From contig JAQBHI010000049.1 of the NCBI GenBank assembly GCA_032127875.1, positions 40,150 to 104,149 on the forward strand: a stretch of DNA of 64,000 nt, given 5' to 3'. The notes beneath the pieces are model-generated. The model was not told the DNA's origin, made no database searches, and was given only the letters and a program-made list of their open reading frames with translations. This DNA is from Acidobacteriota bacterium (GTDB lineage: Bacteria; Acidobacteriota; Vicinamibacteria; Fen-336). The position numbers and the translations under genes were made by a program. This document shows positions 50,178 to 59,559 of this stretch, piece by piece; positions within the stretch are counted from its first letter, which is position 1; each line of letters opens with the position of its first letter.

Positions 50178-50639
50178 CTACCAGCGGTGATAGGCCGGGT
50201 GGTCGGGGCCGACAGCGACGAACGTGCCGCGGCACCTAGCGCAGAGCTTGCCGCCGGCCTGCAGCGTGCCCTCGACCACGGCGCGATTGCCCTCGGCCTC
50301 GACGACGCACGCGCGTAGCGAGATCGGGCCGCTGATCGGCGTCGGGCGCTTGAGCTTGATGGCGTAGTCGGCCGTGACCGTGCTGGGGAGCGCCGCCTTC
50401 GGGCCCGCGGCTCGCATCAGGTGCATCGCTGCGGCCCAGTTGCAGTGGCAGTCGAGCAGCGCACCGATGATCCCGCCGTTCAGCACGCCGGGGAATGCCT
50501 CGTGGTGCGCCTCGGGCGTCCACACGGCCACCAGCTCGTCGCCTTCGGCGAAACTGCGAATCCGCAAACCCTTCGCGTTGGCGGGGCCACAGCCGAAGCA
50601 GGTGCTCTTCGGCGCGTACTGCTCTTGCAGGCTCTCCAT
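50178..50639 (-). CDS. PaaI/YbdB-type hotdog thioesterase
   Basis: Hotdog core with GxxxGGxxxxLxD (VLNGGIIGALLDC). Confidence 0.75.
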   Translation of the reverse strand: MESLQEQYAPKSTCFGCGPANAKGLRIRSFAEGDELVAVWTPEAHHEAFPGVLNGGIIGALLDCHCNWAAAMHLMRAAGPKAALPSTVTADYAIKLKRPTPISGPISLRACVVEAEGNRAVVEGTLQAGGKLCARCRGTFVAVGPDHPAYHRW

Positions 50640-50651
50640 GAGCCCGAGATT

Positions 50652-51026
50652 CTAGTAGAGCTTCACGTCCATGTTGTCGGCGGCGATGTCCGTGAGGTCG
50701 ACGATCGCCGCCGCGTTCACGCCGATCGCGATGGCGATCGACTCGGAGATCTCTTCGCGGCTCGCGCCGAACTTGAGCGCCTTCTTGACGTGACCCTCGA
50801 GGCAACCCTGGCATTTGGCGGCCAGGCTCGCGGCGATCGCGATCAGCTCCTTGGTCTTGCGGTCTATGACCGAGGGCTTGTAGGTCTCCTTGTAGAACTG
50901 GAAATAGATCTCGCGGAAGCGCGGATCGACCATGGTGTAAGAGCTGCTCTGCTCCGGAGGCTTGGTCGCCACCCCATTGTCCTCTTCGGGGAAGGGCACA
51001 TGGTGTTTCTTGTCTTCTGGGCTCAC
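50652..51026 (-). CDS. Carboxymuconolactone decarboxylase / AhpD-like protein
   Basis: AhpD core with CxxC...H (AAKCQGCLEGHVK). Confidence 0.75.
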   Translation of the reverse strand: MSPEDKKHHVPFPEEDNGVATKPPEQSSSYTMVDPRFREIYFQFYKETYKPSVIDRKTKELIAIAASLAAKCQGCLEGHVKKALKFGASREEISESIAIAIGVNAAAIVDLTDIAADNMDVKLY

Positions 51027-51961
51027 CGGAGCTCTCCTATGCTAGACGGCGCTACGGATTCGAGCAGCGAGTTGACCGCCGCTTCGTAAGCTGCTGTACC
51101 GTCGCGGTACGCATGGCCGTGTCCTTGGCTCGTGATCACGAGCGTCTTCGCCGAAGGCCCTGCGGCCTTCGCCAGGTCCGAGGCGATCTCCGGCGGCATC
51201 CGCTCGTCGCCCGTGCCGCCGACGAAGAGCGCGGGCCGAGAGCCCAGCAGCGACGCCGCTCTCAGGACGTCGAGCCCATCGGGATCGAAACCCGCGCGGC
51301 GGCCCATCCAGAAGACCGCCACGTCCGAGGTGGGCCAGGCGGGGACGAGCCGAAGCCACCAGGCGAAGGTGCGGAACAGCGCCAGGTGATGGCGCGCCGT
51401 GTCGCGCAAGCCGCGAAAGCTGCTGTCGCAGACGAGGCCCACGATCTGCGGATCCTCGGCCGTCGCCAGGGTCGCCGCCGCGCCCCCGAACGAGATCCCC
51501 CAGGCCACCACCGGGCCCGCCAGCCGCGAGCGCGCGAAGTCGGCGGCCCCCAGCACGTCGTTGCGCTCGTGGTAGCCGAGACTGCGCACCATTCCCCCGC
51601 TCTGCCCGTGACGCCGCAGGTCGAAGAGCAGCGCGTTCCACCCCAGCTGGTTCAGGAAGGGCGCCTTCTTGACCATCTCGAGGCGCGAGCGGTTCAGGCC
51701 GTGCACCAGGACGACCGTGCCCCTCGCCGCCGGAGCCGGAACCCACCAGCCCGAAAGCGACACTCCATCGCGCGCCTTGAAGCTCACGTCCTCGGAGACG
51801 AGGCCCAGCGTCGCGGGCGTGATCCCCTGGTTCTCCGGGTCCTTCATCTGGAAGGTGCGGATCGTGAAGACGCTGGCGAGGAAGTAGGGCAGGAAGCCGA
51901 AGACGAATCCGAGCAGCGCCAACAGCAGCACGAGGAGGAGACGGCGCAGCCATTTCCTCAA
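51023..51961 (-). CDS. Alpha/beta hydrolase, membrane-anchored
   Basis: N-terminal TM helix. Nucleophile elbow GISFGG. ATGA coupling to the AhpD-like gene. Confidence 0.75.
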   Translation of the reverse strand: MRKWLRRLLLVLLLALLGFVFGFLPYFLASVFTIRTFQMKDPENQGITPATLGLVSEDVSFKARDGVSLSGWWVPAPAARGTVVLVHGLNRSRLEMVKKAPFLNQLGWNALLFDLRRHGQSGGMVRSLGYHERNDVLGAADFARSRLAGPVVAWGISFGGAAATLATAEDPQIVGLVCDSSFRGLRDTARHHLALFRTFAWWLRLVPAWPTSDVAVFWMGRRAGFDPDGLDVLRAASLLGSRPALFVGGTGDERMPPEIASDLAKAAGPSAKTLVITSQGHGHAYRDGTAAYEAAVNSLLESVAPSSIGELR

Positions 51962-52211
51962 TCAGCCGACCCCGGGCTCACGCTCACGGGGCGATGATAG
52001 CAGGACGATCGGAGGGGAGCGTGGAAGCGGACACGACGGCCGCGTGGATGAGGCCTCTCTGGGGGCATTGGATCAGCCTCGGCGCGCCGTCACCCCGTCT
52101 CGTTTCCACGCTTCCTCCGATTTGCTCGACAACAGCTACGCTAGCCGCAGTTCCTTGTTCCGCAGGCACTTGTGAAAGCTTGTCACCGGTTTCAAGGGTA
52201 GGATCTGCAGC

Positions 52212-53024
52212 ATGCTGCCCTCGGCAACGATGCTGATCCTGACCGGCGCGGCGACGGGGCTCGTTGGCTCGCTTCTGGGCCTGGGCGGCGGCGTTTTCCT
52301 GGTGCCGCTGCTGAGCCTCGGCCTGGGCGTCCCGATCCGCACAGCGATCGCGGCCAGCCTGATCTCGGTGATCGCGACGGCCTCCGCCTCGGCCACGGTC
52401 AGCCTCGGCCGCGGCCTCGTGAACATGCGGCTGGGCCTGGCGCTCGAAGTGGCCACCAGCATCGGCGGCCTGGCCGGCGGCCTCGCCGCGTCGCTGCTCA
52501 CGCACCAGCAGCTGTTCGTCACATTTGGCGTGACGCTCGCGGTCATGGGGGTGATCATGGCGGCACGCTCGCGCAAGCGAAACGTGATCCATGACCCCGA
52601 CGCTGACACCGGCCTTCTCGGCGGCCGACTCGTGGAAGGTGAGCGCACCTATACCTACCGCGTGAAGCGGCTGCGGGTCGGGCTGGCCGCCTCGCTCATC
52701 GCAGGTGCGATCTCGGGCCTGCTGGGTGTCGGGGGTGGCATCATCAAGGTCCCGGTGCTCTCGACCTTCTGTGGCATCCCGATCCGGGTAGCCGCGGCCA
52801 CCAGCACCTTCATGATCGGCGTGACGGCGGCAGCCTCCTCTTTCATCTACTTCAGCCGTGGCGACGTAGCGCTGCCACTGACGGCGGCCATCGCTCTGGG
52901 TGCGCTGCCAGGGAGCCTCGCCGGCGCGCAACTCTCGGAGCGGGTCGAGACCCGCTCGCTCAAGATCCTGATGGCCGTGGTGCTGCTGGTCGTCGGAACG
53001 CGCATGGGTCTCGAGGGCTTGTGA
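52212..53024 (+). CDS. TSUP (TauE/SafE) family membrane transporter
   Basis: Two 4-TM repeats with LGxGGG motifs. Confidence 0.8.
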   Translation: MLPSATMLILTGAATGLVGSLLGLGGGVFLVPLLSLGLGVPIRTAIAASLISVIATASASATVSLGRGLVNMRLGLALEVATSIGGLAGGLAASLLTHQQLFVTFGVTLAVMGVIMAARSRKRNVIHDPDADTGLLGGRLVEGERTYTYRVKRLRVGLAASLIAGAISGLLGVGGGIIKVPVLSTFCGIPIRVAAATSTFMIGVTAAASSFIYFSRGDVALPLTAAIALGALPGSLAGAQLSERVETRSLKILMAVVLLVVGTRMGLEGL

Positions 53025-53293
53025 ACGAGAACGCCTCCGGCCTCGACAAGACGATCGAGGTCGTGCTCATGCTGGGCCTCGCCGCGAGTGCCTTGCTGCT
53101 GGTCCTCGGCCTGAGCCTGGGCCGCTCGTCACTGCTCCAGGCGGGGGTGCTGCTCCTGATGCTGACGCCGGTCGGGCGAGTGGTGGTGGTGACGCTCGGA
53201 CTCTTCCACCAGGGCGACAAGCTCTTTGGCTTCGTCTCCCTGGGGATCCTGCTGATACTGATCAGTTCCGGGATCGTGGCGCTGCGCCTGTAA
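53021..53293 (+). CDS. DUF1634-like small membrane protein
   Basis: 90 aa, 2-3 TM. GTG overlapping the TauE stop. DUF1634 is a common neighbour of TSUP genes. Confidence 0.6.
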   Translation: MNENASGLDKTIEVVLMLGLAASALLLVLGLSLGRSSLLQAGVLLLMLTPVGRVVVVTLGLFHQGDKLFGFVSLGILLILISSGIVALRL

Positions 53294-53934
53294 TGCCGCC
53301 CCATCCACTGCGAGCCGTGCTCTTCGACTGGGACGGCACGCTGGTGGACTCCGCCGCAGCCAGCCTGCGCTCCTACGTGCGGCTCTTCGCCGCGTACGGG
53401 ATCGCCTATGGCAGCGGCGACTTCGAGCGAACCTACTCTCCGAACTGGCAGCGCACCTACGAGATGGTCGGCCTGCCGCGCGAGAAGTGGGACGAGGCCG
53501 ACGAGCGCTGGCTCACGCTCTACGCCGACGAGGCGAACGCACTCTTGCCCGGCGCTCGGGAGACGCTCGCGCGTTTGCAGGGGGCGGGTCTCGCCCTGGG
53601 CCTGGTCACGAGCGGCAGCCGAGCCCGCGTCGAACGTGACCTGGTGCGTCTCGCCGTCGGCCGCTTTCTTGGCGCCGTGATCTGCGACGGCGACACCCCG
53701 AACCGAAAGCCGCATCCCGAGCCGCTCCAGGTGGCTCTCGCCCGTCTCGGGGTCGAACCCGCTGCGGCCGTCTACCTTGGCGACAGCCCCGAAGACATCG
53801 AGATGGCGCGCGCTGCGGGCGTCTTCGCGATCGGCATCCCCGGTGGTTTCCCGAATCAGCGGGCCCTCGAAGCATCGACACCCGATCTCCTCGCGTCGAG
53901 CCTGGACGAGGTCGTGCACGCGCTCGTTAGCTGA
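53293..53934 (+). CDS. HAD-family hydrolase (phosphoglycolate phosphatase-like)
   Basis: Motif I LFDWDGTLVDS. Motif IV GDSPEDIEMARAAG. Confidence 0.8.
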   Translation: MPPHPLRAVLFDWDGTLVDSAAASLRSYVRLFAAYGIAYGSGDFERTYSPNWQRTYEMVGLPREKWDEADERWLTLYADEANALLPGARETLARLQGAGLALGLVTSGSRARVERDLVRLAVGRFLGAVICDGDTPNRKPHPEPLQVALARLGVEPAAAVYLGDSPEDIEMARAAGVFAIGIPGGFPNQRALEASTPDLLASSLDEVVHALVS

Positions 53935-53988
53935 AAAGCCCGCTGTTTGGCGATTTCTCGCCCCGAAAGCTAGACTCGTGGGCTTGTG

Positions 53989-55122
53989 ATGCTACCGATT
54001 GTCGACGCTGCGCCGGTCCCGATGGTCGACCTCAATGCGCAATACCAGCGGATCAGGGCCGAGGTCGACGAGGCGATCGCGCGCGTAGTCGAGAGCGCCC
54101 ACTTCATCAACGGGCCCGATTGCCGGCTGTTCGAGCAGGAGTTCGCGGCCTACTGCGGGGTTTCTCAGGCCGTGGGCGTCGCAAACGGTACTGACGCCCT
54201 GATTCTGGCGCTGCGCGCCTACGGGATCGGCAGCGGGCACGAAGTCGTCACGGTTGCCAACACGTTCATCGCCACGGGCGAGGCGATCCTGCTGAACGGT
54301 GCCCGGCCCGTGTTCGTGGACGTGGACGAGGCCTCCTTCACGCTGGACCCGCGTCTGCTCGAGAAGGCGCTCACGCCTCGCACCAGATTGATCCTGCCGG
54401 TGCATCTCTACGGTCAGCCCGCGGACATGCAGCCGATCCTCGACATCGCGAAGCGCCACGGCCTGCCCGTCCTGGAAGACGCAGCCCAGGCGCACGGCGG
54501 GGCGATCGGCGGGCGGCGGGTCGGCAGCCTGGGCCACAGCGCCTGCTTCAGCTTCTATCCCGGGAAAAACCTCGGTGCGTATGGCGACGCGGGCATGGTG
54601 GTCTCGAACGATGCCGACTTCATCGCCCGGCTGAGACAGCTGGCCAACCACGGCGGTGGCGCGCACAAATACGACAACATCGTGGTCGGCACCAACAGCC
54701 GCCTCGACACGCTTCAGGCCGCGATCCTGCGCGTCAAGCTGCGCCATCTCGACACCTGGAATCGCGAGCGCCGCGAGCGCCTTGCAGCCTACACGAAGGC
54801 GCTCCACGGAACGCCCGGCCTCGTCCTCCCCGCCGAGCGACCCGGCGTCAGCTCCGCCTGGCACCTCTACTCGATTCGCGTGAAGTACGACCGCGAGGGT
54901 CTCGAGAAACAGCTGACCTCGCGAGGCATCGCCACGGCCCGCCACTACTCGAAGCCGATCCACCTGCAACCCGCGCTGGCCTCGGTCGGGGGCCGGGAAG
55001 GCGACCTGCCCGTCTCGGAAATGCTGTCCCGCGAGATCCTGCAGCTCCCGCTCTACCCGGAACTGCCCTTCGAAGCGATCACCCGCATCGCGGGCGAGAT
55101 CAAGAGCTTCCTGGCCGGCTGA
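53989..55122 (+). CDS. DegT/DnrJ/EryC1/StrS-family PLP-dependent sugar aminotransferase
   Basis: GTDAL, HLYG, SFYPGKNLGAYGDAG (PLP lysine). Confidence 0.85.
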   Translation: MLPIVDAAPVPMVDLNAQYQRIRAEVDEAIARVVESAHFINGPDCRLFEQEFAAYCGVSQAVGVANGTDALILALRAYGIGSGHEVVTVANTFIATGEAILLNGARPVFVDVDEASFTLDPRLLEKALTPRTRLILPVHLYGQPADMQPILDIAKRHGLPVLEDAAQAHGGAIGGRRVGSLGHSACFSFYPGKNLGAYGDAGMVVSNDADFIARLRQLANHGGGAHKYDNIVVGTNSRLDTLQAAILRVKLRHLDTWNRERRERLAAYTKALHGTPGLVLPAERPGVSSAWHLYSIRVKYDREGLEKQLTSRGIATARHYSKPIHLQPALASVGGREGDLPVSEMLSREILQLPLYPELPFEAITRIAGEIKSFLAG

Positions 55123-55514
55123 CGGATCGCGACCGGATCTTCGACCTCGACGTCCGCCTGGAAGAGGCCGCGGCCGATGCCCACGCGACGGTCGCCCGCA
55201 TTTGGCTTGTTTCCACAGGCGAACGAGCCGATCGCCCGCGGCAGGATCAGTTGATAGGAGGCAGCCGCGCCCCTCCGCGGCAAGACCAGTTCCGCCTCGG
55301 GCGCGTCGGCGACGACCTGCTTGCCGCCGCCCGTGCAATTCAAGAGTCCCCGCACTTGGTGACGGGCGGTGAGAACGATTCGCTGCGGCACGAGGCGGAC
55401 GCGGTCCGCGATCACCGCGCCGTTCGCATCAAGCACCGGAGTCCGACCGGCCTCCCGGAACTCGAGCGTGAAGTCCGTCTGGTACGGGTGCTCGCCGCCG
55501 CCCTCCCAGATCAT
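55053..55514 (-). CDS. Hypothetical protein
   Basis: 153-aa ORF with protein-like composition. Overlaps the DegT 3' end by about 70 nt (convergent), so existence is uncertain. Confidence 0.35.
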   Translation of the reverse strand: MIWEGGGEHPYQTDFTLEFREAGRTPVLDANGAVIADRVRLVPQRIVLTARHQVRGLLNCTGGGKQVVADAPEAELVLPRRGAAASYQLILPRAIGSFACGNKPNAGDRRVGIGRGLFQADVEVEDPVAIRQPARKLLISPAMRVIASKGSSG

Positions 55515-55984
55515 CGCCTCGACGTGCGCGGTGCCGGCCTAGAGCACGCCGACCAGCAAGACACCTGCAAGGCCCGGCGTGCGTCAGTCCTGCTTCGCCG
55601 CGGAGGCGAGCAGCCGGAGCTGGGCTTCGGCGGCTTTGCGGACTTCGAGGTGGCGGCTCTCGGCCAGGATCCGGCGCAGGTAGTCGCTGTCCTCGGTGCG
55701 GTTCATGCCGCGGACCAGGATCTGGCCGATGTGCCGGTCGCTCGAGCGGTCGCGCAGCAGACCGACGTCGCGGACCTTCTTGGCCGCTTCCTGGCGAATG
55801 AAGAAGTGGCGGTTGCTGTCGATGATCTCGAGCAGCGTCTTGTCGTCGTCGTGCGGAACCCCGAGCGATTCGATTCGAAACAGCAGTTCGTCGTCGGAGA
55901 GTGCCAGCCAGCCGTATTCCGTCGCCGCTTGCGGGCCTTGGCGCCCGGCCTGGCGCCGGCCCGGGTCGTCGTCTTCGGGCTCGC

Positions 55985-56371
55985 TCAGGAGGCCGTCTCC
56001 AGAAGCCGGGCGGCCCGCTCGCGAAACTCCGCGAGTACCGAATCCACGGTCCGTCGCTGCTCCGAAGTGAGCCCCTTGAAGCTGACGCCGAACGAGTGCA
56101 GGCCGCTCACGTCGGAGGCGGTGCGCACCCAGCGCGCCTCGGCCGGCAGGCGATGCTTGGCCGCGCGCGTCCGCAAACGCAACTCGAGCGTGAGCCGCTG
56201 GCCCACACGCGGCGGCGGCTCGTCGGAGTACACGCGCGCGCCGCGGACCGAGAGGTTGGTGACGTAGCCCGACAAGCGCCGCCGGCCTGCCACCACGCGG
56301 CAGGCCGCCAGATACGGCTCGATGCGCCGCGTCTTGCGCTTGTCCTTGCTCTCAGGCACGCTCCGCACCAT
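55985..56371 (-). CDS. PilZ-domain protein (c-di-GMP receptor)
   Basis: ATG 56371 with GGAGG upstream. PilZ motifs RKTRRIE and NLSVRGARV (RxxxR ... N/DxSxxG). Confidence 0.7.
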   Translation of the reverse strand: MVRSVPESKDKRKTRRIEPYLAACRVVAGRRRLSGYVTNLSVRGARVYSDEPPPRVGQRLTLELRLRTRAAKHRLPAEARWVRTASDVSGLHSFGVSFKGLTSEQRRTVDSVLAEFRERAARLLETAS

Positions 56372-57065
56372 CGGACTCGCCTCCTTCCGCGCCTTGCTCC
56401 AGCGCGGCCGCGATCCGGCCACGAACCTCGGCGATCAAGAGATCGCGGTCGTCGTAACTGTACCCTCCTGCTTCGAGCGGGTCCAGGACCCGCAGCGTGA
56501 CTGTGCCGGGCCTCACACTGAAGCCGCCGCGCGGCAGCAGCTCCCGAATGCCCGAGATCGCCACCGGCAGGATCCTGCTGCCCGCCTCGGCCGCCACCAC
56601 GAAGCCGCCCTTCCGGAATTCCCCAAGGCTCCCGGTCTTCGTTCGCGTGCCTTCCGGGAAGATCAAGAAGCAGTTGCCGCCTTTGAGCGACGCCACCGCC
56701 GCGCTGATCGCCGGGCGCGACTGCTCGGGATCCTTACGGTCGACTTCGATGAAGCCTGCATAACGCAGGCAGTTGCCGAAGAACGGCGTGCGGTACAGCT
56801 CGGTCTTCACGACTGCCTTGAAGTCGATGCCGAGCGTGAGCGCCACGACCGGCGCATCGAGCTGGCTGACGTGATTGGGCATCACCACGACGTTGCGGGT
56901 GTCGGCGAGGCGCTGCTTGCCAAGGACGACGAAGCGTGTGCCGGCGATGAAGAGCATGATCCTGCAGCCGAGCCGGCCGAGCCTATAGAGCAGCGCGGGT
57001 GAGCCCAGCAGCCGGGCCACGGGGTAACCGATCAGGCTCGCGAGGACGACGTAGGGAGGAATCAC
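56352..57065 (-). CDS. plsC: 1-acyl-sn-glycerol-3-phosphate acyltransferase
   Basis: NHVSQLD (HX4D) and FPEGTR motifs. Confidence 0.8.
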   Translation of the reverse strand: MIPPYVVLASLIGYPVARLLGSPALLYRLGRLGCRIMLFIAGTRFVVLGKQRLADTRNVVVMPNHVSQLDAPVVALTLGIDFKAVVKTELYRTPFFGNCLRYAGFIEVDRKDPEQSRPAISAAVASLKGGNCFLIFPEGTRTKTGSLGEFRKGGFVVAAEAGSRILPVAISGIRELLPRGGFSVRPGTVTLRVLDPLEAGGYSYDDRDLLIAEVRGRIAAALEQGAEGGESDGAERA

Positions 57066-57096
57066 CGCCAGGATGAGAGCGGCCCGGATCAGGAGA

Positions 57097-57417
57097 TCAG
57101 GACTCCCGGTTGGGCTCGGAGGCCGCGGGGGCGCCGGCCATGGCTCCGTTCAGCAGGGCCTTCAGTTCCTTGCCCATCTTGAAGTAGGGGATCTTCTTCG
57201 ACGGAACGTCCACCTTCTCGCCGGTCTTGGGGTTGCGTCCCTTGCGCGGCGCCCGGTTCCGGAAGCGGAAGCTTCCGAAGCCGCGGATCTCGACCTCTGA
57301 GCCGTTCTGAAGGGCCGAGACGATGCTCTTGAGGGCCGCCTCGACGATGATCCCGGACTGAACCTGGGTGATATCGAGGCGCTTCGCCACGATGTTGATC
57401 AGGTCCGCCTTCGTCAT
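57097..57417 (-). CDS. Integration host factor / HU-family DNA-binding protein
   Basis: IHF core GFGSFRFRNRAPRKGRNPKTGEKVDVP. Start taken at ATG 57417 (MTKADL). Confidence 0.85.
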   Translation of the reverse strand: MTKADLINIVAKRLDITQVQSGIIVEAALKSIVSALQNGSEVEIRGFGSFRFRNRAPRKGRNPKTGEKVDVPSKKIPYFKMGKELKALLNGAMAGAPAASEPNRES

Positions 57418-57550
57418 CGCACTTCTGGAGGGCTCGTTCATCGCAGCGCTTGGCTCGCTAGGGGTCAAAAGACGAACAGAAGTCTAGCCCTGGGATCAGG
57501 CCGAAGTCAAGGCAGCGTTTGGAGTTGGACGAGGCCGACGGTGTGGTCGC

Positions 57551-58180
57551 CTAGGCGTCCGCCGTGCGCCGGCGCAGCCCGACCGGCTTCTGACGCACGG
57601 GCTTGGGCGCGGCTTCGAAGGTCTTGTTGAGGGCCTTCTCGACCTTTTCCTCGATGGTCTCCAGCGTCTTGCCCTCGACCTCGGCGATCTCACTCGTGAT
57701 CAGGAACTTGGCGCGGTCGAGCATGCGCTTCTCACGGAACGAGAGGGCCTTCTTCTTCGAAAGGAAGGTGAGGCCCTTGAGAACGTGGGCCACCTCGAAG
57801 ATGCTGCCCGTCCGCATCTTGTCCGAATTCTCCTTGAAGCGGCCCTTCCAGTTCGAATGCTGCTCGATCGTGCCGTCGCCGAGAATCGTGAAGATCTTGC
57901 GCACGTCGCTCGAGCTGATGACCGGCCGCAGGCCCACCCCGCCGGCGTTCTGCTGCGGAACCCAGACCCGCGAGTCGTTCGAAAGGATGCGCAGCTTGTA
58001 GAGGCTGATCTTGCCCGTCGGCGTCGGCCGGGTCTGGATGCTCTCGACGATGCCGATGCCGTGATTCGGGTAGATGACCTTCTCGCCGACCTGGAACTCC
58101 ACGCGGACCTCTCTTTCGAGTCTTACCGATGAGCTCGGGTGGGTTTGGGTGCTTGCACGATAAAGCGCCGAGAAGGACAT
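57551..58180 (-). CDS. CarD/CdnL-family transcriptional regulator
   Basis: CarD_CdnL_TRCF N-terminal domain (FQVGEKVIYPNHGIGIVESI). Start taken at ATG 58180; uncertain. Confidence 0.7.
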   Translation of the reverse strand: MSFSALYRASTQTHPSSSVRLEREVRVEFQVGEKVIYPNHGIGIVESIQTRPTPTGKISLYKLRILSNDSRVWVPQQNAGGVGLRPVISSSDVRKIFTILGDGTIEQHSNWKGRFKENSDKMRTGSIFEVAHVLKGLTFLSKKKALSFREKRMLDRAKFLITSEIAEVEGKTLETIEEKVEKALNKTFEAAPKPVRQKPVGLRRRTADA

Positions 58181-58217
58181 TGTAGCAAACGCCGCTGCGC
58201 GCGGCAAACGCAAGGGC

Positions 58218-59333
58218 TCAGGAATCCTGTGCGTACTCCTTGAGCACCGCGACGCACCGATCGATATCGGCCTCGTTGTTGTAGAAGTGCGTCGAGATGC
58301 GGATGCCCTGGCGCTTCTCGGTCACGAGCACGCCCTGGCGACGCAGGGCGCGGGCGCAGCCGGCGGGATCGTCGGCCTCCACGAGCGTTTCGCCCGAGCG
58401 GTGGGCGCCGCCGGGAGACAAGCAGGCGAAGCCTGCCTCGGCGAGCGACGCAGTCAGATAGGCGTTGAGTTCGAGGACGCGCTGCGCGATGTGCGGGATG
58501 CCGATGCCGAGGACGTAGTCGAGCGCCGCACCCAGTGCGAAGATCGCCCCGAAAGGTGGGCAGCCCAATTCCGCCCGTTCCGCCGAGGCAAGCACCTTGT
58601 ATGCCCGGTTGTCGAACTCGAACGGATTCTCGACGCTCATCCAGCCCAGATTTCGGGGTGGACGGCGTGCCAGAAGCGCGCGGCTCATGTACACGAAGCC
58701 CGCCCCGTAGCCCGCGCACAGCCACTTGTGCCCGGCGCTGGCGAGGGCGTCGATCTGGCACTTCTTCACGTCGATCGGAAAAGCCCCGACACTCTGGCTT
58801 CCGCAGACCACGAAACTGCGACGCCCCTTTATCGCGCCGAAGGCCTCGAGATCCTGGCGGCAGCCGTTCGAGAATTGCACGTGGCTCAGGACCAGGCTCG
58901 CCGCCTTCGGCGCGTCGGCGAGCGAAAACGACTCGATGTGGAGGATGCCCTCGACCGCGGGCACGAAATGCAGGGCCGCACCGCGATGCAGCCACGGCAG
59001 CGTGACCGTCGGGAACTCGAGCTCGTCGGTGAGTACGGCCCCGTCGTCGGCCAAGAGGTCGGCGATCAGGTTCATGCCCACGGAGGTGTTGTCGACGAAC
59101 GCGATCTCGTCGGGCTCAGCGCCGATCAGGCTGGCCGCCTGCACGCGTGCGTGGGCGCGGCGCGCGAGCCACAACTCCCAGGCGCGATCCCCCGACTCTT
59201 CGAGTTCCCGGTAGAACGCGCTCACCGCTTCGCGCACCGGCTTCGGCGTGGGGCTACCGGCCGCGGCGTTCAGGTAGACGTAGCGTTCGGCGGCCGGGAA
59301 GTCCTTGCGCAGCTCGTCCCAGGCAGGGGCCAT
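58218..59333 (-). CDS. Class V aminotransferase (cysteine desulfurase / selenocysteine lyase-like)
   Basis: AAT-V fold with PLP-lysine motif SAGHKWL. Start at ATG 59333. The ORF-track 5' extension to 59708 is antisense to the tRNA gene. Confidence 0.75.
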   Translation of the reverse strand: MAPAWDELRKDFPAAERYVYLNAAAGSPTPKPVREAVSAFYRELEESGDRAWELWLARRAHARVQAASLIGAEPDEIAFVDNTSVGMNLIADLLADDGAVLTDELEFPTVTLPWLHRGAALHFVPAVEGILHIESFSLADAPKAASLVLSHVQFSNGCRQDLEAFGAIKGRRSFVVCGSQSVGAFPIDVKKCQIDALASAGHKWLCAGYGAGFVYMSRALLARRPPRNLGWMSVENPFEFDNRAYKVLASAERAELGCPPFGAIFALGAALDYVLGIGIPHIAQRVLELNAYLTASLAEAGFACLSPGGAHRSGETLVEADDPAGCARALRRQGVLVTEKRQGIRISTHFYNNEADIDRCVAVLKEYAQDS

Positions 59334-59425
59334 TGCCGAGAGGATAGCGTAAACGGCGGCGCTGTGATCCGGTCCTTGGGGCGCGACGGCCACGGCAGAC
59401 TCGCATACACTTAAGATCCGCTTCG

Positions 59426-59513
59426 GCCGGAGTGGCGGAATGGCAGACGCCCCGGACTCAAAATCCGGTACTTCGCAAGGAGTGTGCGGGTTCAAGTCCC
59501 GCCTCCGGCACCA
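59426..59513 (+). tRNA. tRNA-Leu (anticodon CAA), type II with long variable arm, CCA encoded
   Basis: Manual fold: 7-bp acceptor stem GCCGGAG/CUCCGGC, anticodon loop CU-CAA-AA, 17-nt variable arm, T-arm GCGGG-UUCAAGU-CCCGC, discriminator A plus CCA. Confidence 0.85.
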
Positions 59514-59559
59514 CTGGCGGTCGAGCAGCCGCCGGTTTCGGGGCCGCTTGGGTAGGCTA

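Noticed and set aside
55251-56267. 338-aa plus-strand ORF
   Set aside because: It is antisense to the PilZ gene and to the protein-like frame downstream of it. The sequence is R/A/V-rich with no domain signatures.
59426-59513. Possibility that the tRNA is tRNA-Sec, given the nearby selenoprotein
   Set aside because: The anticodon is CAA, not UCA. The tRNA has an ordinary type-II tRNA-Leu architecture with a 7-bp acceptor stem, and is not the 8/5 tRNA-Sec fold.
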